Assembly: GCF_004010195.1 (NCBI RefSeq)
Contig: NC_057718.1
Location: 50,501,380-50,531,812 of the forward strand
Direction: 5' to 3'
DNA: 30,433 nucleotides
Source: Chiloscyllium plagiosum
Taxonomy: Eukaryota
Shown here: piece after piece, positions 1 through 10,970 of the stretch
Numbering within the stretch: position 1 is the stretch's first letter
Layout: each line of letters begins with the position of its first letter
Notes under the pieces: model-generated
What the model was told of the DNA's origin: nothing
Seen by the model: only the letters and a program-made list of their open reading frames with translations
Database searches by the model: none
Made by a program: the position numbers and the translations under genes

Positions 1-49
1 TGTGGGGCACAGGTTCTCGGGGGAAGTACGGGACCTTGGGGCCAATGTG

Positions 50-1552
50 AAACAAGATATATCAGTACTTAGGAGCAAATGGACTGATTAGGAATAAACA
101 GCATGGCTATGTGCGTGAGAGGTCATGCCTCACTAACATAATTGAGTTTTTTGAGGAAGTAACAAAGTTGATTGATGAGGATAAAGTGGTTGAGGTTGTC
201 TATGTCGATTTCAGTAAAGCCTTTGTCAAGGTCCCTCATGACAGACTGGTACAAAAGGTAAAGTGCTGAAAATGTGTTGCTGGAAAAGTGCAGCAGGTCA
301 GGCAGCATCCAAGGAGCAGGAGAATCGACGTTTTGGGCATGAGCCCTTCTTCAGGAATTCCTGAAGAAGGGCTCATGCCCGATACATCGATTCTCTTGCT
401 CCTTGGATGCTGCCTGACCTGCTGCGCTTTTCCAGCAACACATTTTCAGCTCTGATCTCCAGCATCTGCAGTCCTCACTTTCTCCACAAAAGGTAAAGTC
501 ACATGGTATCAGAAGTGTGCTCACAAGATGGTTACAGACTGGCTTAGTAATAGGAGACAGAGGGTAGTGGTGGAAGGATGTTTTTCGGAATGAAGGGTTA
601 CGACTAGTGATGTTCCATGGGGATCAGTGCTGGGGCTGCTTTTCGTGATCCACATAAATGATTTGGAGGAAAATATATCTCATCTAATTAGTAAGTCTGT
701 GGATGATACAAAGATTGGTGAAGTTGCGGATAGTGAGGAGGATTGTCAGGGGATACAGCAGAATATAGATCAGTCAGACGCAGAAAAATGGTAGAATGAA
801 ATTAATCTGGACAAATGTGAGGTGATGCATTTTGAAATTATAGAGTGAATGGCAGAACCCTTAGGAGTGATGATATGCAGAGGGATCTGAGTGTGCAGGT
901 CCACAGATCACTAAAGGAGGCAGCGCAGGTAGATAAGATAGTAAGAAAGGCCAATTGCATGCTTGCCTTCATTGGAAGGGACGGTGAGTATAAGGATAGA
1001 CAAGTTATGCTGCAGCTTTATAGAACTTTAGTTAGGCTAACTTGGAATATTACGTACAGTTCTGGTCACCACACTACCAGAAGGATGTGGATGCTTTGGG
1101 GAGAGTACAAAAAAAGCTTTACCAGTTATGGGGGATTTTAGCTTTGAAGAAAAGTTGGATAGACTGGTTCTATTTTCACTGGATTGCAGAAGGTCGAGGG
1201 GCGACCTGTTAGAAGTTTATAAGATTGTGAATGGCCTGGATAGAGTGGAAAAAACGAGGCTTTTTCTCAGGGTGGCAGGGTCAATTACAAGGGGACACAG
1301 TTTCAAGCTGCGAGGGGGTAAGTTTAAAAGAGATGTGCAAGGCACAAAGGGTGGTGATGCCTTTAACGCATTGCCAGAGGAGGTGGTGGAAGCAGACATA
1401 ATTGCAGCATTCAAGAAGCAACTGGATGAATGCACAAATAGGAAGGGAATAGAGAGATATGGATCCTGTAAGTGAAAACAGTTTTAATATGGAAGGGCAA
1501 AGTGTGTCGGCGAAGGGCCTGTTCTTGTGCTGTTTTGTTCTTTGTTCCTTGT
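50..1552 (+). mobile_element. CR1-clade LINE, 5'-truncated, decayed ORF2 (RT to 3' UTR), interrupted by a PLE palindrome at 265-485
   Basis: Translates to QHGY..RSCLTNIIEFFEEVTK, VYVDFSKAFVKVPHDRL and SKSVDDTKIG. ORFs 845/1128 give QRDLSVQVHRSLK, MLQLYRTLVR, RGDLLEVYKI and TRGHSFKL. Ends in a TTGTTC-like tail. Many stops and frameshifts. Confidence 0.92.
265..485. mobile_element. Penelope-like element terminal repeat (pLTR) inserted as an inverted pair plus a 35-nt tail
   Basis: 265-357 is the reverse complement of 358-450 (5 mismatches in 93). The sequence matches the 3' end of the GIY-YIG element at 22470-22595. Flanked by the exact direct repeat ACAAAAGGTAAAGT (251-264, 486-499). Confidence 0.9.
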
Positions 1553-2546
1553 CAGTAGGGAGTAGAATAGGAGCCTGTCCTGCATCTATGGCTAGTGGAT
1601 GATCAAACAGTAGAGGGAGAACCTCAAGCAGACTGAGCAAGGGCAGGTCCCATTTTAGACTAGTGATAAGCAGGTAGAGAATTTGTTCCATGGGAAGAGA
1701 CAACCTAATGTTTCAAATTGTCCATTACGGCAACTGATCAAGATCTGGTTTAATGAGGTTTGGAAGAAGTCCTCAAAAAAAACCATGGGTCCTGATCATA
1801 ATGCCAAAGCATAATGGATTGTAACTCTTTGACATGGAAAATGTCAGCATTATTCAAGAAGGAGTATGGTTAGATTATGATGGCATCCTTTCCTATGCTG
1901 GTGAGAAAGAATCACTCTGGATAAACGTCAGCACACAAAAAAAGTGAGCCGCCACCCTGTGTATTCAAATTAACATGGCTTGTTTGGTTTTTGGACAAAT
2001 GCCATCCTAAATTGCACTGTAGATATTCGGAGCCTGAACATAGATATCACCAGGAAAGGAAGAATACTACACCAAAAGTTCCCTAAAACACTGCCAGTAT
2101 GGAACCTTCTCATGTAACATCCATAACACTACCTTCTGTATTAGGACACAATATCAGGCAGGGCAAGTTTAACCAAGATCACAGACATCCACAGGAGGAG
2201 TGAGATCTTTGTTAATGTCAGTCACTAGCTCAAAGAAACTTTCGGAGATTGTTATGAGATGTCCGATACTGCCATTAAACTCCTATCTGAAAACTTAGAG
2301 TAGGTCCGCACACAATGGCACATAAAGGTTTTGCTACTGTTATTCAGCAGGCAGATCCAATTCAAATGGGTATCAGGGAAATCAAAGTGACTGTTTGCTG
2401 CAATGACTTCTGAAAATGGAGCTCCAACCTGCAGTGGGTATGTCTCCTATCACACCTGACTGTGGGGTTCCTTCTGTTTATCTTGGTCTATCTCACCATC
2501 CTTATGTGATAGCAACATCTGAACAGGTTGATTAGGAAAGTAAATT

Positions 2547-2637
2547 CCTGAAGAAGGGCTTATGCCCGAAACGTCGATTCTCCTGTTCCTTGGATGCTGC
2601 CTGACCTGCTGCGCTTTTCCAGCAACACATTTTCAGC
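2547..2637 (+). mobile_element. Solo ~91-nt Penelope-like pLTR unit
   Basis: Near-identical to 360-450 and to the terminal unit starting at 22472. Flanked by TAGGAAA(G/A)TAAATT at 2533-2546 and 2638-2651 (14-bp TSD, 1 mismatch). Confidence 0.9.
2548..2575 (+). ncRNA. Minimal hammerhead-ribozyme-like motif in a PLE terminal repeat
   Basis: CTGAAGA (CUGANGA box), an extra A, stem-loop GGGC-TTAT-GCCC, then GAAA-CG-TC (palindromic ACGT stem III, GUC site). Stem I pairing is weak. Confidence 0.65.
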
Positions 2638-4113
2638 TAGGAAAATAAATTGTCACCCACAGTGAACCTTGGTATACAGCAGTATTGTTCCTACCTCAGA
2701 GCCAAGAATTGACTTCAGGTCCCATCAGCTCCATAGGTGCATCTTAACATGTTTGAACAAGTTGATTAAAATAACAACAGATGATTGGGAGTCTTGTGAT
2801 TACATGGTTAGACTCTATTTTGGAGCCAGATGGTCTGGGTTATAAAGATGTAGACACCCATGGCAGCCAAAAACAAAACAAAACCAGCACTCAGGCTAAT
2901 GGTTATCTACAGGGATAATTTGCTAAATCTTCCATAGGACAGGAGAGAATCAAATTGTCATAGGAGAGCTAGAGGCTCCTCACCTCGTTGATGTTGATCT
3001 GGTTTTAATGCTGGAGACTCTAAGGGGAATCCACTTTTAGACTACTGTTGTATAAGGTAATGGTTCTGAAGGGGTTAATATCCATGTTCCATTGACTTCA
3101 CCCATTCTACTAATGTTACACAGTGTGTGAGTGGAGAGAAGGAATTTGATTCCAGTTTTTGGGGTGGGGGTACGGGGTTACAGAGGTGTATGTACTGTAC
3201 CATCTTCCTAAGCTGCTAGTAATTACACCTGACTAAATGCAGTCATAGTTATTACCACATTACAATAAACATTTTTGTTATCTGAGAACAATGCTGCTTT
3301 TGTCGACACTTAATGATGGTGTATCCTCTCCCATTAATCACTAAATAGGCCAAAGATGAAGGGGTATTGGTGACAGAGAGCTACATCAAACTGCACTTAT
3401 CCTTTACCACAAATTAGTAGAGACTGCAAATACAACAAGATGCCATCAATCGGCATCTGGGAAAATGCCACAGCCACCCCCTACTGTGCAACAGGCACTC
3501 AGCTTTGTTTGCAGTCCTCTTCCACCACCTCCAATCCATCCTTTGTTCCTCCCACTTTATTCTTCACCAATGAGCTGTTGCCTTCCAGGGACTCAGTGCT
3601 CTCCATGTTTACAGGCCTTGTAACTTAGAACGCAGCAGCCAGGACCCCTGCAGGAGGGTATTTGAGGGCACCACCTCTGTATTTGCAGAGGCCTGATGGA
3701 CCACTCAATGGTTGTCCTCCTCAGTAAGTGACATTGATTAAATCAGTTCTGTGTTTCTATCTGGGGCTCCCTTAAGAGGGTGTGCAGCCATGTCTTCAAA
3801 CAAATGAAAACTGAAAGAAAAACCGAAACCACATAATGTGATGACATGGGGTAAACCTCCTGGAAAAATAGCTGGTTCAGCAAGAGTCAAACATTTGAGT
3901 CCTATGATTTCTCTTTGTGCTTTCGAAGAGAGCTCTTTGCACTTCTGATGTCCTCATTGAGGCAGGATAATCACCACTAATCATCTCATCACTATCTTCA
4001 TCAAAGCTCTAAAAGAAAATTTACCATTTATATTACTCTTTAAACATTCCATCTTTCAACTTTGACAAGCTTTTATTTGATCTCATTTAGGAGTGGGTTT
4101 CTATAGATATGTT

Positions 4114-4195
4114 CCTAATCAAATAGTTCAGATGTTGTTACATACCTCTAGCATAGATGGGACCCAGGCCTCCTAGCTCAGAGGTAGCAACATTA
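4114..4195 (-). repeat. Fragment of the same SINE-like unit as 2425-2845
   Basis: Reverse complement reads CTACCTCTGAGCTAGGAGGCCTGGGTCCCATC...AACATCTGAACTATTTGATTAGG, similar to 2690-2770 and 2514-2536. Confidence 0.5.
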
Positions 4196-5775
4196 TTTGT
4201 CAGATTTAATATACTTGGATTAGGAGGACGGGATTTTCATTCTAATCTTGCAATGAACTAGTTGACATTACTGTTGCTTTGGAATGCCATCCAGATCCCA
4301 ATGTATGCATAGTACTGATAATGTTGGTGTAACACATCTGATCATCACCATTCTTTCTCCCTTCAGGGTAGACCAGTATTTCCCCCTGTAATAGCAATTA
4401 CACTTAAACCATTTTTTGTGCTGCACCTTTTCACAAATATTTAATTTGTACAATTACAGTAGGCATTTGATTATTTTTCCTTTATGATATTGTAAATGGA
4501 CCTCATCCCGCATTAATGTATTATTCCCATTAATCATTATGTCCCTCCTGTCCTATTCTGCTTTTCTTTAACCAAATCATGACTCTGCTCGATCAATTTG
4601 GCTTCCCTCTTTATTACGTTTTTCTAAATCTACTGTTATTTCACCCCGCCCACCACTTTTATTTTAAAACCTTATCCAACAGCTCTAATTATATGATTTA
4701 CGAGGACAATGATGCCAGTCAATTTTACAGGAGACCATCCCATTGGAATAACCTTTTTTTTCTGCCAGTACTGTTTCCAAAGCTGTAGCCATGCAGAGTA
4801 GTTTTCAGTCGTGCGAGATATGCATAACATTGGACTCTCACATCAGTCAAGTTGGCATGCCACCTGTGTTACATCACAAATTTGGGTTAATCAAGCACAA
4901 ATTCATTGTGTCTACTTTGTCCAATTTAGCCCCAAAGTTTGTAGACACAGTCAATTCATGGTTTTGGGACTAATTCTGAGATATTTCTGTAATTGAGCCT
5001 GTGCTGATTTTATTAAACCACTTTTGCAAAACATGTGCCGATGGCATGGGGGAAATGTGTGTACGTTTCTCCAGTGGAAGGATGAGGAGAATGTTGTGTT
5101 TTTAATTTGAATGGGGCAGTGGGAAGAGGGAAACAGTTTATTTTTAAATCATGCACGATGATAGATGACTTCCATTTCATTAAGAAATCTCCCGGGTAAG
5201 GGAGAAATAAAACTGATATAACAGGTGACTGCTGTGGTGTATATTCCCTAGCACAGTTGGATAGAAGTTGTGGACATACGCTGAGCTTGGTGATCTGTGG
5301 AAGAACACCTTTGTGGATGATATTGGTATTTCTGTTGTTTGAAACCCAAGGCATTTCCTGCCCCACTTTTGTATTTGTGAATTCTGTCCCTCTTGTGGGA
5401 TATTGCTGAGTTACTATAGTTGGCAGCTTCATTGACACTCAAGAATACATGCTTTTACATGTATGGATGGTGGTGAAGTGTGATGGAAAGTAATTGTTGA
5501 ACCAATACTCGAATGAAGCAGTACTTTAATTCTAAACTATATGAGTTAGTAACCGACCCAAAGAAAAGTTTCATAAGCTTCTGGGTCTTTCCAATGGACT
5601 GTCCAGCAAAACTAAAGAATCAAAGGAGACCTTTCGGGCCATTATGTACATGTCAGGTCTCTGCAAAAGCAACTCCTCACCTCATGTATTCTTCCTCAAC
5701 CTTACCTCCCCCCCCACCTCCCCGGCCTCCACATATTCTATATTTATTTTCACTTCAGCAGATTGTCCAGTTCGG

Positions 5776-5927
5776 TTCAGGGATATCTGTAGGTTAGGTG
5801 CATTAGTCAGAGGTAAATGTAGAGTAATAGGGTGAGCGAATGGGTTGGGTGGGTGACTCTTCGGAGGGTTGGTGTGGACATGTTAGGCCAAAGAGCCCAT
5901 TTCCACACCAGCGATTCTATGATTCTA
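5776..5927 (+). mobile_element. 5'-truncated HE1-like SINE (3' half)
   Basis: Aligns with 12411-12564 (TTCAGGGAT..GTAGGTTAGGTG.ATTAGTC...GGTGTGGAC...TTTCCACAC) and has an ATTCTATGATTCTA tail. Confidence 0.8.
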
Positions 5928-6964
5928 AGTCTGAAAGAACAAAATGTCATAGATCTCCTCTTATCTGGTTTTTATCATGTTCTGCCAATTCAGAAACAAT
6001 GAGCTGTTTTTGCAGTTTTTTGCCCTTTCTAAGGATTGGTTTTGAAGTATGTAACATTTATATTTTTTATGTCTTTGAATCATTGATTAACTGTTTCTTT
6101 CAATTAAGTTACCTTCTTTGTCAAGCTTTGTCAGTCCAAAACCCACACACGTACAGTTAGACATGACCATCATGAATAAATTAATAATTTCTCTTTTCAT
6201 GCTTTTGTTTTCATTTTTGCTCAATGCAACTTCCTGACCAATATGATGCCAGTATCTTGTCTGGTTAATGACATATCCATCCGACAATTAGTTATGGACA
6301 TTCACAGTCTCAGTTTAAGCCAAAGTGTATGTTATATAACTGTGACAAAATAATGATCATTCCTGTAGCTTGGGCGAATGAAAATTGGTAGCAGGAATGA
6401 GAACAAAAGTGCTGATATTTGGTGTTGTCTATAATTTGCACACTTCAACCAGTTCATGTATTAAAAACACTTTAACTCGATGCTCTTTTCAATGAGGCAG
6501 ATGAAGGGACAGAATTTGGTTTGCAGTTTAACTCGATTTTATTAGTATATATTCCTTATTAAAAACAACATGCAAGCATTTCCCAAATTCCCACAATATT
6601 TACTCTCTACCTACCTCCATCCATCTGAAAAAGGATATTACCCACAATGCTCCACGTGTTTGAGTTGGGTCATTGAAAGCTCTATTCATCTCTGACACAG
6701 ATTTGCTCTCTTCTGTGAAGGTGGGTCTTGCAGGTTAGGGCAGATTGGATTACTGCACGGTTTTCCATCACGAATCTTGCTGTGAATCTTCCAGGTGTGT
6801 GTTCTTTACCTCCTCGCCCCGTACCTTCCAGAATGTTCTGTGGCCTTTGGCCAATGGGGTCATGGTTGGGGGTGGGGGGGGGGATGGTTTGCAGCATCCA
6901 TTGGGATCATAACAACACTCTTCACAGTTCCTGTGCTGGGGAGGTGTCAAGTGCTTATCCTCAT

Positions 6965-7525
6965 GATCTGAAAGCTTTCAGTGGCTTGTTATTTTAATTC
7001 TTCACCTTACTCTCAGGCTGACTTATCCTCAGCCTGCTGCAATAGTCCAGTGAAATTTAGACTCTGGGAGCAGCAGCTTGCCTTTCCATGAGGCACTTTG
7101 CAGCTTTCTGGACTCAACATTGAGTTCAACAATTTCAGACGGGATCTTTGCTCTCAATTTTATTTCCTTTTGTTGTTTAATTTCACTGTTCATCTTTTCT
7201 CTTGCTTTTGCTTTAGGGTGGTAACTTTTTTTTTTACTGGGTCACTCCCACCTCTTCTGGACAAATCTTCCATTTATTTCCTGTTCAATTAAATCTTTCC
7301 TACCATGGACCTTTTTTTGTTATTTGGTGTCTCTCTGTCTTCTGCCCTACCACAGCCATTCCTTTTGGTTCCCTTTCCATCCACTTGATCAGCATAAATC
7401 TTATCACATTCTTAATTGCTTCCAGTTCTGATGAAAGATCTTTGACATGAAAGATTATCTCTGTTTCTCTCACCAAAGAAGTTGCCAGACCTGCTGAACA
7501 TTTTCAGCACTTCCAGTTTATATTT
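6965..7525 (+). mobile_element. Old, decayed Penelope-like element 3' end (GIY-YIG C-terminus, pyrimidine-rich UTR, terminal unit)
   Basis: ~7069-7139 translates EQQLAFP*GTLQLSGLNIEFNNFR, compared with EEDRLIFRLGTLQPQEMNADFSSF at ~22182-22253. The terminal part has TTCTGATGAA...GAAA...TGCCAGACCTGCTG...TTTTCAGCA, paralleling the younger pLTR. Confidence 0.7.
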
Positions 7526-8863
7526 AAGTAAGTCTCCTTGTATGGTATTTCTGGCAATTTGCAAAAGTGCTCCTTTAAAAACTATTTAAAATTCATCCCA
7601 AATGTTACTCCTTGGACAGACCTAAATATCTTTTATCCTTGTCTCTGTCTAAAAGTCCAGTTTTTGGAAATCATATTTCATCATTCATAAATGATTCTAG
7701 TAAAAGCCTGATATGATATTCACTGCTGTCATTTAATACAACAAAGAGCACCATAATTTGTGAAAGCAGAATAAATATGCCAGCTAAATACCTCTGAAAG
7801 ATTTGATAGCTGGGCCACCTGTTATCACTGGGACTGCTGCCATGTAACATTCTGCTTTATTCCAAAGGCTAAGAAGAGCAACAGTTCAATGCTAACCATG
7901 AGACTTCGCTTTTGCTAATGATGATCAGAATCCATGGCAATTCCATCTGTTGCGACTGCAGGATCCAGATGCTTCAACCATAGGTGGCAAAATTGGCATT
8001 TGATAGGGCATGTACTGATTTCTGAAGGGATTAATCCCTTGAGTAGTCCACATTGCTAAAAATTTCACTCAATAGTTCTGCTGTTGGCAAGTAGGTAAAA
8101 CAATTGTGTTTTTTGTTTAGATTGCTGTTGATTGGCTTGGTGAAATGCTTGCAAAGAGAACCAGGAAGTCATTCCAAGCTATCACATTTGGTGGAAAAGA
8201 AAACAGGAATGGATACATTTATTCCATTCTCCATCTACTGTGTCAGCTAATTATACAATTATCTTACAAGGAGGAGAAGAAAATAAAGCATAAATCAAGA
8301 AGTTCTGGCTTTGTGATATCGAGGGCTGGGTACTTGGGGTCACCCATGGACAGCAGGGAAAGGAATGGCATGAAAATACTGCTGCAGTTGGCATGTCGAT
8401 TTCAGGGCATCATGCCCAGAACTTCAAGGCTTTCCCCAGGGGTAAGTGACTGCGGGACAGGAATCCTACTCATTTTCATAATGAGGCCAATTAAAATAGA
8501 TTATAACTTCTTTAAGAGCTTCTTAATATTGAAAGGTGGCCTTTTGAAAACCATGCACAAATTTCAGGAGGTGATTGTTTCCAGATCTGCTGAAGAGATA
8601 ATGGTACAGGAGGCAGTGGTGGATGTCTAAGGTAATCACCTGAGCTCATAAGATGGTTAGCAGGATGAAGGGGATTTGACATTTGATCAGGAGGTGAACC
8701 TTGAGTTGCATAGAAGATGGGAAAGATGCACTCGGGTAATGATTGATGTTGTCACATGCCTGCCATTGTGGGAATCAAAATGGAGAGCAAGGCTACCAAG
8801 GACAATAGGACACCTGCCTGTCTGAAATGAAGGCTATAACTGGCATTGGAGATATGGATATCA

Positions 8864-9212
8864 GATTGTCATAGAGGTGTACAGCACAGAAACAGATCCT
8901 TTGGTCCAATTCGTCCATGCCAACCAGATATCCTAATCTAATCTAGTCCCATTTACCAGCACTTGGCCCATATCCCTCTAAATCCTTCCTATTTGTATAC
9001 CAGATACCTTTTAAACGTTGTAATTGTACCACTTCCTCTGGCAGCTCATTCCATACACACACCACCCTCTGCATAAAAATCTAGCCCCTGAGGTCCCTTT
9101 TACATTTCCTCTTTAACCCTAAACCTATGCCATGTAGTTCTGGACTCCCCCACCCCAGGGAAAACTACTTGTTTTTTTCCCCTATCCATGTCCCTTATGA
9201 TTTTATAAACCC
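8864..9212 (-). mobile_element. CR1 LINE 3' fragment
   Basis: Reverse complement encodes VYKIIRDMDR, then a degenerate TRGH-like motif and WNELPEEVV, followed by a CR1-type 3' UTR ending GTGCTGTACACCTCTATGAC. Confidence 0.85.
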
Positions 9213-9310
9213 TGTTTGATAAGAAGGGACATCCTTTGTGAGAAGGAAGGCATTCCATATAGCAGGAGGGCACAGGAGATGAGAAAAGATCAGGAATATT
9301 ATAAAAACTG

Positions 9311-10970
9311 TATTCTCACCACAGGATCTACTGTCAACAATAGAGTTACCTGGAAGCCAAGACTCAATATCACAGGAAATTAGCTGATCTATGATATGTA
9401 TGCCCTTGCGACCAAATAACACTGTCTCACAACAACGTTCATCACATCCTTCCAGTAAGCATCAAAGTGGAGGTACCTTCAACTGAGGCATTCAAGAGGG
9501 CAATGGTTGGGGCAGGGGTATGGGGAAAATGCAGGAGGATGGGATTAGCTCATGCTGGCCATCTGGACAGCTGATATAGACATGGTGGGCACATAGCCTC
9601 ATGTTGTGCCGTTTCTCTTAAGTGAAACCATTGTGTCTTTGTCTCTGGGTCTTTCAAAGATTAGCCAGTCCTTTGTGAAATCTGAAAGGTAGCTGCTCAG
9701 AACTGCATTTCAAAGGTCATTCATATCCTCTTACCCAAAGCTCGATGGGATATTAACTTCTCTTGCAGCAGCAAACAGTATTTGGTTTTGTCTCCATCAC
9801 TGTATTTCTTTCAGGTCAACTGCACTGTTGATTGCATCCATATCTCCAACAAGGCATCAATTGGTATTCCAGTAAGGTCCATTAACAAGAAGGGTTTCCA
9901 CATAATAAGAATCCAAAAAGTCTCCAGCCACACAAAGCTTCCTCTGTTTGGGAGATTTTGTGTATCCCTGCTGGCGGGTTAAAGACAGAAGGGCTTAGCA
10001 AAGCAAGATAACAATTTGATTTTCACCTACCTGGCCCCAATACAATTATGTCAGCACCCCTTCCACTGGCATTTCAAATCTTAGCCTGTCTTCTTGCCAG
10101 CCTTAAGTTGGTAAACAGCTGAGTAAAAAAAAAAGACTTCCTGTTTCTTAGGGATGGAAATATTGTACAGGTCAGTTGTAAACCCCCATCATCACCTCCT
10201 GACTATTTAGCCAGGGGAAAGGGAAATCTGGCACGATTTACAATTCAGCCTGAGATGAACATTTGCTTCTTATCAGCTATCATGACTCATTCATCCTGAA
10301 CAAGTCCAGGTTGCCTGAGGTCTTCAATCCAATCTGTTGTATTATTTATAACTCAGAGCTATGCAGCAGTGGCACACTAGCTTATATGTTGCTAAAGGTT
10401 TAATTCCAAGTGTAGCAAAATGCCTGTTCTGTCATGCTTATAGAACTCGCTTCAATAAGTGTGTGCAGTTTGTTTACTTTTCTGGGTGCCTACACCCAGA
10501 CTTTACTAATCAAGTGCAGTGAGAATCAATAGGAAAGAGATCCACATATTCAAACACAGAATAATTGAACATTGCACAACTCCCAAAAATGTGTAGATTG
10601 ATTCTTGAGTACAAGGAATATCTTTTAACGACATGACTAATCACCATTCTGTGGGAGTCTCAGTGTATCAAAGAATTAACAACACCAATATCACTTGCTC
10701 AGGAGGACAGCCAGAGAGCAGGCACTCAGAGCTCTGAAGGTGCAATTCCAGTGCTTGGTCTGGTTGGCTAGCATCTTGCAAAATGATTTCAGATATTGTG
10801 GTGAACTGTGACACTCTCCATAGCATTGCCTTTCAACAAAGTGTGAACTTTGGGGACAGTGGGGCCTTGGAAGGAGACAACTCATCAGGGGAAGAGCAAG
10901 TACAGGAGGTGAAAAAGAAGGAAGAAGAGGAGCCAAAAGCTGCTGATACTAAACAGAGAGCTCTTGCTTT
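9311..10970 (+). mobile_element. Decayed PIF/Harbinger (HARBI1-like DDE) transposase, interrupted
   Basis: Collinear motifs: YSHHRIYCQQ*SYL (9311), HILPVSIKV (9443), FVSGSFK (9638), FFQVNCTVDCIHI and INKKGFHIIRIQKV (ORF 9782), EQALRALKVQFQCL (~10716), ISDIVVNCDTLHSIA plus an acidic tail (ORF 10783). Confidence 0.72.
9484..9620 (+). mobile_element. Old CR1-like 3' end fragment inside the Harbinger fossil
   Basis: GCATTCAAGAGGGCAATGG...GGGGTATGGGGAAAATGCAGG...GACATGGTGGGC resembles the CR1 ends at 16192-16300 and 1407-1530. Confidence 0.5.

Larger units (their letters stand above)
2425..2845 (+). repeat. Degenerate tandem copies of a short, probably tRNA-derived SINE-like unit
   Basis: Two units end in AACAT(n)TGAACA(G/A)GTTGATTA (~2515-2534, ~2747-2768). 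A third head at ~2787 contains GAGCCAGA..GGGTT. A related unit lies on the minus strand at 4114-4195. Confidence 0.45.

Noticed and set aside
5013..5442. Overlapping minus-strand ORFs of 141 and 64 aa as a possible host exon
   Set aside because: Both are closely preceded by in-frame stops, splice signals are weak, and no homology was recognised.
8145..8630. 161-aa plus-strand ORF
   Set aside because: No recognisable domain or exon structure; consistent with a chance ORF in decayed repeat DNA.
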